The notes: generated by a model not told the origin, from the letters alone. 64,000 nt of DNA from an uncultured Syntrophaceae bacterium (GCA_964628025.1 CAZVLL010000005.1:667-64666), one strand, 5' to 3'. Positions 25,119 to 35,937 are shown, counted from the stretch's first letter. Numbers and translations are program-made.

Positions 25119-26438
25119 ATGAACGCCAGGCTGAAGAAGTTCATCCAGGAAGACATCTGGAGGATCCGTGCGAAAGGCCTGCCGCCGCTCAAATCGTTCG
25201 GAATCCGGTATCTGCGAATCCTCCTCGCCGCCGTAAGCTCTTTCCAGGAGCACCGCTGCCAGCTGCGGGCTTCGGCTCTGACCTTCTTTTCGCTGCTTTC
25301 CATCGTCCCTATCGTCGCCATGGCCTTCGGAATTGCCAAGGGCTTCGAGTTCGAGAAAATCCTGCAGCAAAGGATCCTGGAGCGTTTCGAGGGGCAGGAA
25401 GAAGTTCTCCTCGAGATCTTCGAATTCGCCAATTCCCTTCTTGCGAACACCAAGGGTGGCCTCATCGCGGGTGTCGGCGTCATCCTGCTGTTCTGGACGA
25501 TCATCAAGGTCCTCGGCAACATCGAGAGTTCCTTCAACGACATCTGGTCGGTCAAGAAAGAACGCTCTCTCTCGCGCAAGATTACCGACTATCTTTCCGT
25601 CATGCTCGTGGCGCCGGTGCTGCTCGTCATGTCGGGGAGCGTCACCGTTTTCGTCACGACCCAGCTCGCCGCGATCACGAAGCGGTTCCACATGCAGGGA
25701 ATCCTGGGTCCCGTCGTCGTGCTTTTCCTGGAGATCTCCCCCTTCGTGATCATGTGGGTTCTCTTCGCGTTTCTCTACGTCTTCATGCCGAACAGGCAGG
25801 TGAGCCGAAAGTCAGGGTTCGTGGCCGGTATGATCGCCGGTTCCGTGTACGTCATCGTCCAGTTGATCTACGTAAAATTCCAGGTCGGGGTTGCCAAGTA
25901 CAATGCCATCTATGGCAGCTTTGCCGCCCTGCCACTGTTTCTCACGTGGTTGCAGTTGAGCTGGATCATCGTGCTGGCCGGAGCCGAGCTCTCCTGCATC
26001 CACCAGAATGCCGATGCCCTCGAGTACGGCCCCGATGCGAGGCGCGCAAGTCACTACTTCCGGAGATTCATCGCCCTGAGGGTCCTCAACCATATGAGCC
26101 GGAAATTCGCAGAGGGTAAAGTTCCTCTCACCGCGGCGAGCATATCGGAGAACCTCGAGGTCCCCCGGGGACTCACCGAGGGAATTCTGGAGGATCTCAA
26201 GGCAAGCGGGGTCCTTCTCGAGGCGGTCAACCACGACCGTGACGAGGCCGCCTACGTACCTGCCCGCGACACGGATCTCCTGACGGTGGCCTTCGTCATC
26301 GATGCCCTGGACCGCCGGGGCGTGAACCAGATCCCCGTGGCCATGACAGAAGAGATGGAGCGTCTCACGAAGAGCCTGAAGGCCTTCGGCGATGCCATCG
26401 AGAAATCGCCGGAGAACCTCCGCCTGAAGGATATCTAA
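25119..26438 (+). CDS. YihY/BrkB-family integral membrane protein with C-terminal soluble extension
   Basis: 439 aa. ASALTFFSLLSIVPIVAMAFGI plus multiple TM segments are typical of the YihY family. The C-terminal ~140 aa are hydrophilic. Confidence 0.7.
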   Translation: MNARLKKFIQEDIWRIRAKGLPPLKSFGIRYLRILLAAVSSFQEHRCQLRASALTFFSLLSIVPIVAMAFGIAKGFEFEKILQQRILERFEGQEEVLLEIFEFANSLLANTKGGLIAGVGVILLFWTIIKVLGNIESSFNDIWSVKKERSLSRKITDYLSVMLVAPVLLVMSGSVTVFVTTQLAAITKRFHMQGILGPVVVLFLEISPFVIMWVLFAFLYVFMPNRQVSRKSGFVAGMIAGSVYVIVQLIYVKFQVGVAKYNAIYGSFAALPLFLTWLQLSWIIVLAGAELSCIHQNADALEYGPDARRASHYFRRFIALRVLNHMSRKFAEGKVPLTAASISENLEVPRGLTEGILEDLKASGVLLEAVNHDRDEAAYVPARDTDLLTVAFVIDALDRRGVNQIPVAMTEEMERLTKSLKAFGDAIEKSPENLRLKDI

Positions 26439-26544
26439 AGCCAGGATTGAGGTCCAAGGAACGAGGATCGAGGGAACAGAAGAGAAGTCCTCGCGCTCGA
26501 GCCTCGATCTTCGGTCCTGAAGTAACGAGACCGGGTAGACCTGC

Positions 26545-27231
26545 ATGAGAGAGCCCGTCGTACGTGTTGTCGACCTCTGGAAAGAATATCACGATAACGG
26601 ACAGGTCGTGACGCAAGCCCTTCGGGGTGCAACGCTTGAGGTGGCCCCGGGGGAAATCATCGCCCTCTTCGGAAAGAGCGGTTCCGGAAAGACGACCCTT
26701 CTCAACTGCCTGGCCGGGCTGGACCGTCCTACGCGCGGCACCATCGAAATCGAAGGGAAAAACCTGAATCTCCTGGGGGAAAAGGGCCGTACCGAACTGC
26801 GCAGGATGCGCCTGGGTTTTATCTTTCAGTTTTTCAATCTCCTTCCCACATTGACGGCCTTCGAAAATGTTCACCTTGCCCTCGAGCTGTCCCGAACACC
26901 GAATCCGAAGATTGCGCGCGAGGCTCTGGCAAAGGTCGGCCTGGAGGGCAAGGAATCCCGGTATCCCCACGAGTTATCGGGTGGTGAGCAGCAGCGCGTC
27001 GCCGTCGCCCGGGCCATCGTGAAAGAGCCCGCCCTCATCCTTGCCGATGAACCCACGGGTAACCTGGACACAGCAACAGGAACCCGGATCCTGGAACTTA
27101 TCACTCTGCGCAGCCGGGAATCCAATTCATCTCTGATCATGGTCACTCACACACCGATAGCCTGCCGATATGCCGACCGTATCCTGAAAATGGTGGACGG
27201 TGTGATCGCCGAAGGCGAAACCTGCGACTGA
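26545..27231 (+). CDS. ABC transporter ATP-binding protein (MacB/LolD-type)
   Basis: It has Walker A (GKSGSGKTT), the signature motif ([14 protein letters not shown]) and Walker B ([11 protein letters not shown]). Confidence 0.9.
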   Translation: MREPVVRVVDLWKEYHDNGQVVTQALRGATLEVAPGEIIALFGKSGSGKTTLLNCLAGLDRPTRGTIEIEGKNLNLLGEKGRTELRRMRLGFIFQFFNLLPTLTAFENVHLALELSRTPNPKIAREALAKVGLEGKESRYPHELSGGEQQRVAVARAIVKEPALILADEPTGNLDTATGTRILELITLRSRESNSSLIMVTHTPIACRYADRILKMVDGVIAEGETCD

Positions 27232-27284
27232 AATAAGGTTAAAGGACCCAGGGTCTTCGTCCCTGGTCTTTCGCGGAGGTCTTC

Positions 27285-29774
27285 TTGCGCACCGTCACCC
27301 GATCCTTCCTTCGCTCTCTGCACCGGCGGCGCAGCCTCAGCCTACTCCAGCTTTTGGGAATCGCCTGCGGGGTGGCCGCCGTCATCGGGATGACCCTGTC
27401 GGCGCAATCGGCCCTCTCCAGCTTTTCCCGGGCCGTAGAGTTTCTCAAGGGAAAATCGTCTCACACGCTTGAGCGGCTTGCAGGGCCCATGGACGAAACG
27501 ATCCTGCGGGATCTTGTCCATGACCCTGCCGTAGCGTCCCTCGCTCCCGTCGTGGAGAGGCGTCTGAAACTGACCGATGGCAATCTCGTCCGGCTTTTAG
27601 GCATCGATCCCTTTCTCGATCGGGCCATCCGTCCCGAGATCTCCCGAGCCCCCCTCAATAAGCGTCCCGGCAGCTCCTTCGAGGATTCTCTCGTTTTCCT
27701 CACCGACGAGCGGGCCGTGCTCCTCGAAGAAAACCTCGCCCGCGATCTTGGACTCACAAGGGGCGGTGAGCTGGCCACCCTGAAGGGAACCCTCCGGGTG
27801 ATCGGGACATTCCCCAACCCTTCCGGTGAGCCCCTGATCCTCATGGACATCGCCCACGCGCAGAAGTTTCTTGCGATCGCCGGAAAGATCGACCACGTCG
27901 ATCTCATTCTTTCCGACGAAAACGGTTTTGCCTCTCGCTGGCAGGAGGGTTACCGGATCCAGTCCAGGCAAGAGCGGCAGGATACTTTCGCCGCCATGAT
28001 CGGGGCCTTCCGGCTCAACCTGGAGGCCCTGTCGCTGATGGCCCTCTTCGTGAGCGTCTTTCTGATCTACAACACGGCCATGTTTACCGTCGTGAGCCGA
28101 CGACGCGACGCAGGAATTCTCCGGAGCCTGGGCGCCGGCCGGAGCGAGATCGCGGGGGCCTTTCTGACCGAGATCGCCCTTTTCGGTATTTTCGGCGGAA
28201 TCCTGGGCAGCGTATTCGGCTTTCTTTTGAGCCGGGCGCTGTCGGACATCATCGGCGGCACGATCAGCAGCCTCTACTTTTTCCTCCGGCCTGCTCCCAT
28301 GCCCTGGTCGTGGTGGATCCCCGCTGCCGGGGTGGCGGTCGGCCTCGGGGCAAGCCTTTTGGGAAGCCTCTATCCCCTGCTGGAGTTGACCCGCGTCGAT
28401 CCCGTGCTTACCCTGCAAGGTCGCTCGGGGAGCAGGGAAACCCGTCACCAAGCCCGGGCCGTGGCGCTGGTGGGTGTATTCTTCCTCATCGCCAGCATTA
28501 TCGTCCTCGCATTCTTCTCGAAGCAGATTTACGTTGCGTTCATCGGCGTCTTCGGCTTCCTTTTCGGGTTGAGCCTGCTGACGGGTGTTTTCATGGTGGT
28601 CGCCAACCCGCTGCTCCGACTCCTGCTGGGCGGAATGGGGAGACTTCCCGGCCGGATCGCCGCAGGAAACATCATCCAGAACCTCGGCCGGACCGGCGTT
28701 GCCGTCGCCGCCTTCATGGTGGCCCTCTCCATGTCCATCGGCCTGGGATCGATGATCGGCAGCTTCCGTGAATCCCTGATCTGGTGGATGGGCACCCAGT
28801 TGCGCGGCGACATGTACATCTCCAACGCCTCGGACATGGAGGTGCCCGAGAACTTCTACGAAGAGCTCAAGCTCATCCCGGGAATCGGCGGCGTTGACAC
28901 CTACCGCAAGGTGCCCGTGCTTTATCTCGGCCGGACGGTGCACGTGGCGGGCATCAAGGCCGACGTGCTCCAGCGGTTCGCCCGTTTCGGCTGGGTCACG
29001 GGCGGAGACGAGCACTGGGAAGCCGTCAAGAAGGGCGACGTTATTGTCTCGGAAAGCTTTGCCCGAACCTTCGACGCGGCCCCGGGAGGCGTGGTCACCC
29101 TCGCAGGGGTTGCAGGCCCCGTCGATCTGCGCATCGAGGCCGTCTTCTATGACTATTCAACGGAGCACGGCCTCATCATGATGGATCGCGAAACCTACAT
29201 CGCCCTCTACGCCGACAGGACGATCAACAGCGTCGCCGTTTTCATCGACCCGGCCGAACCGCGCAGGCTGAAGATTCTCGACGATGTCCGGAGCAGGGCC
29301 TTGTTGCGGGGAATCCCCGCTTCCACCCGCGAGCAGTTTCACGGCAAAATCCTCGAGGTCTTCGACAGCACCTTCGCCGTAACGCGCTCTATGCGGGTCA
29401 TCGCGATCGTCATCGCCTTCTTCGGGATCACGGGGGCCCTGCTGACACTCTTCATCGAGCGGCAGCGCGATTTCGGAATTCTGAGGGCCCTGGGCTTCTC
29501 CACGGGCCAGGTAGCCGGCATGACGCTTCTCGAGGCAATCGGGATGGGGCTCGTGAGCTTCGTTCTCAGCTCCGGCGTGGGGACGCTGCTGGCAATTCTG
29601 CTCATCCGCATCATCAACCTGCGGAGCTTCAACTGGACCGTTTTCTACTACCCCGACTGGCAGCCCTACGCCCTGACGGCGGCAACGGCGCTGGCCGCGA
29701 GCGTCGGGGCGGCACTCTACCCGATCTGGAAAGTGAAGCGCACCTTCCCGCAGATGCAGATCAGGGAAGAATAG
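27285..29774 (+). CDS. ABC transporter permease with two FtsX-like domains
   Basis: 829 aa with a TTG start. It has two blocks of 4 TM helices with large extracytoplasmic loops, directly downstream of the ATPase. Confidence 0.8.
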   Translation: MRTVTRSFLRSLHRRRSLSLLQLLGIACGVAAVIGMTLSAQSALSSFSRAVEFLKGKSSHTLERLAGPMDETILRDLVHDPAVASLAPVVERRLKLTDGNLVRLLGIDPFLDRAIRPEISRAPLNKRPGSSFEDSLVFLTDERAVLLEENLARDLGLTRGGELATLKGTLRVIGTFPNPSGEPLILMDIAHAQKFLAIAGKIDHVDLILSDENGFASRWQEGYRIQSRQERQDTFAAMIGAFRLNLEALSLMALFVSVFLIYNTAMFTVVSRRRDAGILRSLGAGRSEIAGAFLTEIALFGIFGGILGSVFGFLLSRALSDIIGGTISSLYFFLRPAPMPWSWWIPAAGVAVGLGASLLGSLYPLLELTRVDPVLTLQGRSGSRETRHQARAVALVGVFFLIASIIVLAFFSKQIYVAFIGVFGFLFGLSLLTGVFMVVANPLLRLLLGGMGRLPGRIAAGNIIQNLGRTGVAVAAFMVALSMSIGLGSMIGSFRESLIWWMGTQLRGDMYISNASDMEVPENFYEELKLIPGIGGVDTYRKVPVLYLGRTVHVAGIKADVLQRFARFGWVTGGDEHWEAVKKGDVIVSESFARTFDAAPGGVVTLAGVAGPVDLRIEAVFYDYSTEHGLIMMDRETYIALYADRTINSVAVFIDPAEPRRLKILDDVRSRALLRGIPASTREQFHGKILEVFDSTFAVTRSMRVIAIVIAFFGITGALLTLFIERQRDFGILRALGFSTGQVAGMTLLEAIGMGLVSFVLSSGVGTLLAILLIRIINLRSFNWTVFYYPDWQPYALTAATALAASVGAALYPIWKVKRTFPQMQIREE

Positions 29775-29826
29775 AAAAACAGCGTGCAGGGTGTAGCGTG
29801 TGGGGAAAAGAATCGGAAGCGTGCGC

Positions 29827-30936
29827 ATGAAAAGCAAAACAATTTTATTGCTTATCGTCGTTTATTCGGTACTCGCCTGCCCGTCTGCCCTTGCCGCCGA
29901 TGACTGGAAGCAGGCGGTTGGTCCGCGGACCTGGAGCTTTCCCCGGGATCACGGGACACACCCGGAATTCCGCACCGAGTGGTGGTACTTCACGGGGAAC
30001 CTCCGTGACGGGACAGGAAACCGCTACGGGTACCAACTGACGTTTTTCCGCCAGGGAGTGCGTCTCAAGCCCTCGGATCCGGAAAATCCCTGGTCGCTCC
30101 GCGACCTCTATCCGGCCCATTTCACCATCACTGACGTCCGAGGCAACCGATTCTATTTCGCCGAACGGATCACGCGCCCCGGCCCGGGGCTTGCCGGATC
30201 GGGAACAGATGGATTGAACGTCTGGAACCTCGGCTGGTCGGCAAAGATGAACGGGGATTCCATTATTCTTCGGGCCAGCCATGAGGGCATGGAGCTTTCC
30301 CTTACGCTCACGCCGAGAAAACCCCTCATTCTTCAGGGCGAGCGGGGGCTCAGCCGCAAGGGACCGAACCGGGGACAGGCATCCTACTACTATTCTTTCA
30401 CGGATCTCGCCACGCGAGGGACGATCAGGCCCCCCGAAGCGCAGATTCCCGCACCGGTCGAAGGGGTCAGCTGGTTCGACCAGGAATTCGGCTCCAATGT
30501 CCTCTCGAAAGACCAGGTCGGCTGGGACTGGTTTTCGATCCACCTCTCCGACGGACGGGACCTGATGCTTTTCTTCCTCCGGAAAAAAGACGGAACGGTA
30601 GAAAAGGAATCCTCTGGGACCCTCGTCGATCCCGATGGTAAGTCCCGGCACCTGAAACAGGGCGAGATCCGGATGGAAGTCCTCGGGACCTGGAAGAGTC
30701 CCCAGAGCAACGGTGCCTATCCCAACCGCTGGCGGATCCGTATTCCATCGGCAGAAATCGATATCCAGCTCGCACCGCTTGTGGCGGCCCAGGAACTGAT
30801 CACCGCCGGCTCGACGGGCGTCACCTACTGGGAAGGGGCCGTGGACGGCAAAGGAACCGCTGCAGACCGGGCGGTAACCTGCGAGGGATATGTGGAAATG
30901 ACGGGTTATGCGGAAAATATGGAAGGCATCTTTTAG
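29827..30936 (+). CDS. AttH/CrtC-like (lipocalin-type hydratase-like) secreted protein
   Basis: ATG at 29827 with a signal peptide. WSFPRDHGTHPEFRTEWWYFTGNL is the AttH/carotenoid-hydratase-domain signature. It follows the ABC ATPase and permease, as in att-type clusters. Confidence 0.7.
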   Translation: MKSKTILLLIVVYSVLACPSALAADDWKQAVGPRTWSFPRDHGTHPEFRTEWWYFTGNLRDGTGNRYGYQLTFFRQGVRLKPSDPENPWSLRDLYPAHFTITDVRGNRFYFAERITRPGPGLAGSGTDGLNVWNLGWSAKMNGDSIILRASHEGMELSLTLTPRKPLILQGERGLSRKGPNRGQASYYYSFTDLATRGTIRPPEAQIPAPVEGVSWFDQEFGSNVLSKDQVGWDWFSIHLSDGRDLMLFFLRKKDGTVEKESSGTLVDPDGKSRHLKQGEIRMEVLGTWKSPQSNGAYPNRWRIRIPSAEIDIQLAPLVAAQELITAGSTGVTYWEGAVDGKGTAADRAVTCEGYVEMTGYAENMEGIF

Positions 30937-31421
30937 ATGTAAATGCATATTGACAGGGTCGGTCTTTCCATGCAATGAAAGGCATCGCGTTGGCTGGCCA
31001 TAAGCATGAAAACAATCCGAACCACGATCCTGATCCTGTCGATTCCTTTTCTGGTGCTGGCGATCGTCGCTGATACGGTCGATCAGGATGGTCTTGTACC
31101 CAAATTCCCTCAGCTCAGCACATCCCAGGACAATCTCAGTTTCCAGAGTGATAAGCAACAGTCGCCCCCCGGAATCCACGATTGCTCATCGTCCTCAGAA
31201 ACGGCCTCGCCGGTTTCCTCCGCCTTCACGGATTCCGGACAGTCCGTGCCCCGCCTCTCGCTGACCCTGTCTTTTTCTTCCAGGGCGCCGCCTCTGTCCT
31301 AAGCGCAGTGTTGCCTTCTTGCCGGCCTCTGGCCTGCGTGTCAGGCACTTTTCCGGAGCACCACACAAATAACGATCCGCCGGTCTGCCCACAGGTGGCC
31401 GGGTAATCCCAAGTCGGGGAT

Positions 31422-32885
31422 ATGACAATGCAGCAGAGAAAACCCATCCGCAAGATCCTGATCGCAAACCGTGGGGAAATCGTCCTCCGGGTCATCCGAA
31501 CGATCAAGGAACTCGGCCTGATGACCGTCGTGGCCTATGAAAGACTGGACCGCGATGCCTACTTCATTCGTTACGCCGAGGAAGCGATCGAAATCGGCGA
31601 CGGGCCCATCACGGATTATCTCGATATTGAAAAGATGATCTGGGCGGCCAAGGAAACCGGGGCCGATGCGATCCATCCCGGCTACGGATTCCTCTCGGAA
31701 AACCCCGATTTCGCTGAAGCCTGTGAAAAAGCGGGGATCACCTTTATCGGTCCTCCTTCCTGGGTACTGCGTTATCTATCCAACAAGTCAGCCGTGCGCC
31801 ACATGATGCAGCAGTCCGGGGTCCCGACGATTCCCGGAACCGAACTCCTGAGCCCCGGTGAAAGAGGGCTTATGGAGGCGATGCGTTTCGGGAAAAATCA
31901 CGAGTACCCGCTGATGATCAAGGCGACAGGCGGTGGCGGCGGGCGCGGAGTCCGCAGGGTCAAAAACGAGATGGATCTGATGAAACACCTCATCTACATC
32001 CGGTCGCAGTCCCGGCCTCTCTGGGATGCCGGGGTATTTATCGAAAAATGCATGAATTCTGTGAGGCACATCGAGATTCCCATTTTGGCCGATCAGCACG
32101 GCAACATCATCCACCTGGGGTCCCTCGACGGATCCATCCAACGGCGGCACCAGAAGCTCGTGGAAATTGCACCTGCAAACCTTTCCCCGGGGCTTCTCGA
32201 TGCGCTCTACCGGGCCTCGATTCGGGCGGCCCGGGCCGTCGGCTACGTCAATGCGGGCTCCCTGGAATTCCTCGTCGATCCCGAAACGGAGCAGTTCTGG
32301 TTCATGACCTTCAACAGGCGGCTGACCGTAGAACACCCGGCCACGGAGGAATTGACAACCGTCGATATCGTGCGGGAGCAAATCCGCATCGCCGAGGGCC
32401 ACCGGTTGCAGATTCCTCAGGAGCGCATCAAGCTGTCGGGGAAAGCGATCCAGGTCCGTATCAACGCAGAAGACCCTCTGCAGGATTTCCGTCCCGACGG
32501 CGATAAAACCGTGGATCTCTATCTTCCACCGGGAGGGCCCGGAATCCGGATCGACGGTATCGTGTTCCAGGGATACCGGGTCCCCGCCGAGTATGATCCG
32601 CTTCTCCTGAAGCTGACGGTGCGCGGGTATGACTGGGAGCAGACGACGAGCCGGCTCCGTCAGGCCCTGGATTCGTTCGTGATCGTAGGGCCACAGACAA
32701 CGATACCGTTTTACCGGGCCATCTGCAGCGAGCTCGATTTCCGGAACGAGCGTATGGACACGCGCTACATCATGAACCATCCGGAGATTTTCCAGTATCC
32801 CTCGGCAACTGCTGAAGCAGCCAAACTTGAGTCGTTTTTCATGGAGCTGTACACGGCCGAGTTTCTGCCGGCCAACTGGCTATGA
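31422..32885 (+). CDS. biotin carboxylase (ATP-grasp) paralog 1
   Basis: 487 aa. Diagnostic segments are KILIANRGEIVLRVIRT, HPGYGFLSENPDFAEACEKA, IKATGGGGGRGVRRV and EINTRL-type FNRRLTVEHPATE. Confidence 0.8.
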   Translation: MTMQQRKPIRKILIANRGEIVLRVIRTIKELGLMTVVAYERLDRDAYFIRYAEEAIEIGDGPITDYLDIEKMIWAAKETGADAIHPGYGFLSENPDFAEACEKAGITFIGPPSWVLRYLSNKSAVRHMMQQSGVPTIPGTELLSPGERGLMEAMRFGKNHEYPLMIKATGGGGGRGVRRVKNEMDLMKHLIYIRSQSRPLWDAGVFIEKCMNSVRHIEIPILADQHGNIIHLGSLDGSIQRRHQKLVEIAPANLSPGLLDALYRASIRAARAVGYVNAGSLEFLVDPETEQFWFMTFNRRLTVEHPATEELTTVDIVREQIRIAEGHRLQIPQERIKLSGKAIQVRINAEDPLQDFRPDGDKTVDLYLPPGGPGIRIDGIVFQGYRVPAEYDPLLLKLTVRGYDWEQTTSRLRQALDSFVIVGPQTTIPFYRAICSELDFRNERMDTRYIMNHPEIFQYPSATAEAAKLESFFMELYTAEFLPANWL

Positions 32886-34369
32886 GGAGCAATGAACCCA
32901 TCATGTCCGCCAAAAACGCAGAACGCAAAATCCGACGAATCCTGATCGCCAACCGCGGCGAAATCGCCCTGCGGATCCTCCGGACGGCCAAGGAGATGGG
33001 CATCGAATCGGTGGTCGTCTATGAGAAACCCGACAGCGATGCCTACTATACCCGCATGGCCGAAGAGGCGGTCCTCATCGGAAACGGGCCCCGTTGTGAT
33101 TATCTCGATATCGAAAAACTGGTATGGTTCGCAAAAAAAACCGGTGCCGATGCCGTCCACCCGGGCTATGGTTTTCTTTCGGAAAATCCCGACTTCGCAG
33201 AAGCCTGCGAAAAGGCGAACCTCATCTTCATCGGGCCTCCGGCAAGCGTGATCCGGGATCTCGGCAACAAGGTCCTGGCAAGAGAAATCGCCAGTCGCTC
33301 CCGTATCCCGATTCTGCCCGGATCGCCTGATTTGCCGGAAGGAGACCGAGGAGGTGAAGAGGCGGTCGCTTTTGCTCGGGAACATGGATACCCGGTCATG
33401 GTCAAGGCCACCGGCGGAGGGGGAGGACGGGGCATTCGCAGGGCAGACGGCGACAGGGAACTGGTCAGCCAGCTGCGGAGAGCGCGGGCGGAGGCGAAGA
33501 GCGCCTTCAAGAACGACAGCGTGTACGTCGAACGCTGCGTCGATGCGCCGAGACACATCGAAATTCAGATCCTGGCCGATCAACACGGCAAGGTGATCCA
33601 CCTGGGATCACGAGACTGCTCCATCCAGAGACGGCATCAAAAACTGGTCGAAATCGCCCCGGCGAATCTGCCCGACGAGGTCATGCAGGAACTTTACGCA
33701 GCCGCCATCCGGGCGGCCCGGGAAGCCGGATACGTGAATGCCGGAACAGTGGAGTTTCTGGTCGACCCGAAGACCCATCAGTTCTGGTTCCTGGAGATCA
33801 ACACCCGCCTGCAGGTGGAACACACCGTGACGGAAGAACTCGTCAATATCGATCTGGTTCGGGAGCAGATCCGGATTGCCGAGGGGAGACCACTGAGCAT
33901 TCCCCCCGACCGCATCTGCCTGCTGGGAAAGGCCATCCAGGTCAGGATCAACGCAGAAAATCCTTGGAACGATTTTGCGCCGGACGGTGGCAAGACCATC
34001 GAGCTATATCTGCCGACAGGCGGCCCCGGCATCCGCCTGGACGGGATTGTCTTTCAAGGATACAAGATCCCTCTCGAATACGATTCCCTGCTCGTGAAAA
34101 TGACCGCCCGGGGCTACGACTGGGAACAAACGGTACAGCGCCTTCAGCGGGCATTGGACTACTTTCTGATTGCAGGCCCCCGGACAACGATCCCGTTTCA
34201 CAGGGCCATCTGCCGCGACGCCGACTTCCGCGCCGAGAGGTTCGACACGAGTTACATCGAGACCCACCCGCATGTTTTTGAATTCCCGGACCCGCAAAAG
34301 GAAATCGATAATCTGAGAACCTTTATTTCCAGTGTCCATACCACGGTCATCTTCCCTTACGTGTACTGA
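32882..34369 (+). CDS. biotin carboxylase (ATP-grasp) paralog 2
   Basis: 495 aa. Its start overlaps the paralog 1 stop (ATGA); an alternative ATG lies at 32903. Diagnostic segments are RILIANRGEIALRILRT, HPGYGFLSENPDFAEACEKA, VKATGGGGGRGIRRA and EINTRLQVEHTVTE. Confidence 0.8.
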   Translation: MRSNEPIMSAKNAERKIRRILIANRGEIALRILRTAKEMGIESVVVYEKPDSDAYYTRMAEEAVLIGNGPRCDYLDIEKLVWFAKKTGADAVHPGYGFLSENPDFAEACEKANLIFIGPPASVIRDLGNKVLAREIASRSRIPILPGSPDLPEGDRGGEEAVAFAREHGYPVMVKATGGGGGRGIRRADGDRELVSQLRRARAEAKSAFKNDSVYVERCVDAPRHIEIQILADQHGKVIHLGSRDCSIQRRHQKLVEIAPANLPDEVMQELYAAAIRAAREAGYVNAGTVEFLVDPKTHQFWFLEINTRLQVEHTVTEELVNIDLVREQIRIAEGRPLSIPPDRICLLGKAIQVRINAENPWNDFAPDGGKTIELYLPTGGPGIRLDGIVFQGYKIPLEYDSLLVKMTARGYDWEQTVQRLQRALDYFLIAGPRTTIPFHRAICRDADFRAERFDTSYIETHPHVFEFPDPQKEIDNLRTFISSVHTTVIFPYVY

Positions 34370-34433
34370 TCTTTTTTGCCGATGTTGTATCCCCACGGCA
34401 GGGACGCCCTGGCTTGCGCGCCGAGTGATGAGA

Positions 34434-35162
34434 CTACTTTGCTTCTTTGCCATTTTTTAGATCTGCCGGCGGGTGGGCAAGGCGGTAGAAACGGATGTGC
34501 TCGGCGGGCAGCAGCTTGTCGCCGATCGGGACGTCGCCGATGAACTCCAACCCCCCACCCCCCTCCCAGGACGGGTGCGGCCCCTTGGCCTGAATGGACT
34601 TCGGGTAATAGAAATTCACGACCAGGGAAAGATGGTTCTCCTGTTCCCATGGTGTCTGGATGAACGGGTTTCTCTCGCCGGCCAGGGCCTTCCCTGCAGC
34701 CGTCACGGCCAGTTTCCAGAGGGTGTGCTCCTTCGGGCACAGGAAATCCCGCGAGAAGGGGGATCTCGGCGAGACGGCGGGGTTGAACTGGCCCTTCCGG
34801 AACATCACGCCCACGACGCCGCTGCCGTAGGATTTTTTCATGCTCTCGGAGCGCTCAGCCAGCCGCACGCGGTTCATGACCCCCCAGGCAATGGCCTCGT
34901 GAACGAGGGGGTTGTCGCCGATACCGGTGGAAAGAGCTTCGGCATAGACCAGCCGCGCGAGAAGCTCCTTCTGGGAAAGTTTCGCCTTCGCAGCCACGAA
35001 CTCGACCGAATCCGACGGCTCCCTGGAGAGGCACTTCGGCACTCCAGCAGCCAGTCCGCACACGGCCGTTGACAGGCACAGCAGGATGATCAGCAGGATC
35101 TCGGCAGCGATCTTCACAGCCGGTACTCCACAAACTCGGACTCGCAAAGGAATCCACCGCAT
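34434..35162 (-). CDS. cell-wall hydrolase, SleB/CwlJ (Hydrolase_2)-like
   Basis: 242-aa ORF. ELLARLVYAEALSTG...AIAWGVMNRV...QFNP resembles the Hydrolase_2 core. The true start may be an internal GTG before the hydrophobic segment. Confidence 0.5.
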   Translation of the reverse strand: MRWIPLRVRVCGVPAVKIAAEILLIILLCLSTAVCGLAAGVPKCLSREPSDSVEFVAAKAKLSQKELLARLVYAEALSTGIGDNPLVHEAIAWGVMNRVRLAERSESMKKSYGSGVVGVMFRKGQFNPAVSPRSPFSRDFLCPKEHTLWKLAVTAAGKALAGERNPFIQTPWEQENHLSLVVNFYYPKSIQAKGPHPSWEGGGGLEFIGDVPIGDKLLPAEHIRFYRLAHPPADLKNGKEAK

Positions 35163-35211
35163 TCCATGATTTGTAAACGGTTTGCGTCTTTCATTTCACA
35201 CGTACCCAGGC

Positions 35212-35832
35212 TCAGCTGTATTTGAGGACGATTCCCTCGATGACGTTGGAAACATCCTCGCAATTATCAATGGCGGTTTCGATCCTGCCCAGGATATCCT
35301 TCATTTTGATCAATTCGATGGCATCCTTTTCCTTCTCAAAGAGCCTCACCATCGCAGCGCGGTGCACCTGATCCGCCTCGTTTTCCAGTGTATTGATTTC
35401 CACACAGAGCTCAAGAATCAGCGGCGCATCCTGTTTTTTCCGCATGGAAAAAACAATCGTCTTGATTCTGGCGATCGCCTCACAGAGGATCCCTGTGAGT
35501 GTCATGAGTTCCTGCGGCGGCACTTTCATCCTGTAGAGGTACATGCGCACGGCGGCGGACTCGACCTCGTCGAGGATGCTGTCCATCTTGTTCGCCAGGG
35601 CATAAATGTCCTCCCGGTCCAGGGGTGTGAGGAACGTCTGATGCATTCTCTTGTAGACCTGGTGGGTAATGTGATCGGCCTCGTGCTCGATCTCCTTGAG
35701 CTTGACGACCTTGAATTCCGAGTAGTCATAGTTGTTGATGATCTCGGTGAACAGCTTGCACCCCTCTTCCATCTTCTCGGCCAGCTCTTCAAAGAGATCA
35801 TAAAACTTCTCGCGGCTGGATAGAAATTTCAT
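35212..35832 (-). CDS. DUF47/PhoU-like (TIGR00153-type) protein
   Basis: 206 aa, all-helical. EHEADHITHQV...LDREDIYALANKMDSILD...ENEADQV is the DUF47 repeat signature. Confidence 0.7.
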   Translation of the reverse strand: MKFLSSREKFYDLFEELAEKMEEGCKLFTEIINNYDYSEFKVVKLKEIEHEADHITHQVYKRMHQTFLTPLDREDIYALANKMDSILDEVESAAVRMYLYRMKVPPQELMTLTGILCEAIARIKTIVFSMRKKQDAPLILELCVEINTLENEADQVHRAAMVRLFEKEKDAIELIKMKDILGRIETAIDNCEDVSNVIEGIVLKYS

Positions 35833-35937
35833 CGTGCCCCTGCTTTCATCCGGTTGGAATATTTTCTGATCGTCTTTTCATACCACAGGTGGGTCTGGAA
35901 ATCCCTGGAAAATGATGCCTTGCCACAGGCAGAGGCT

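Noticed and set aside
27597-31179. 472-aa (27597-29015), 226-aa (29157-29837) and 444-aa (29845-31179) minus-strand ORFs
   Set aside because: They are antisense to the FtsX-type permease and the AttH-like gene, which show family signatures. Their translations are charged low-complexity sequence.
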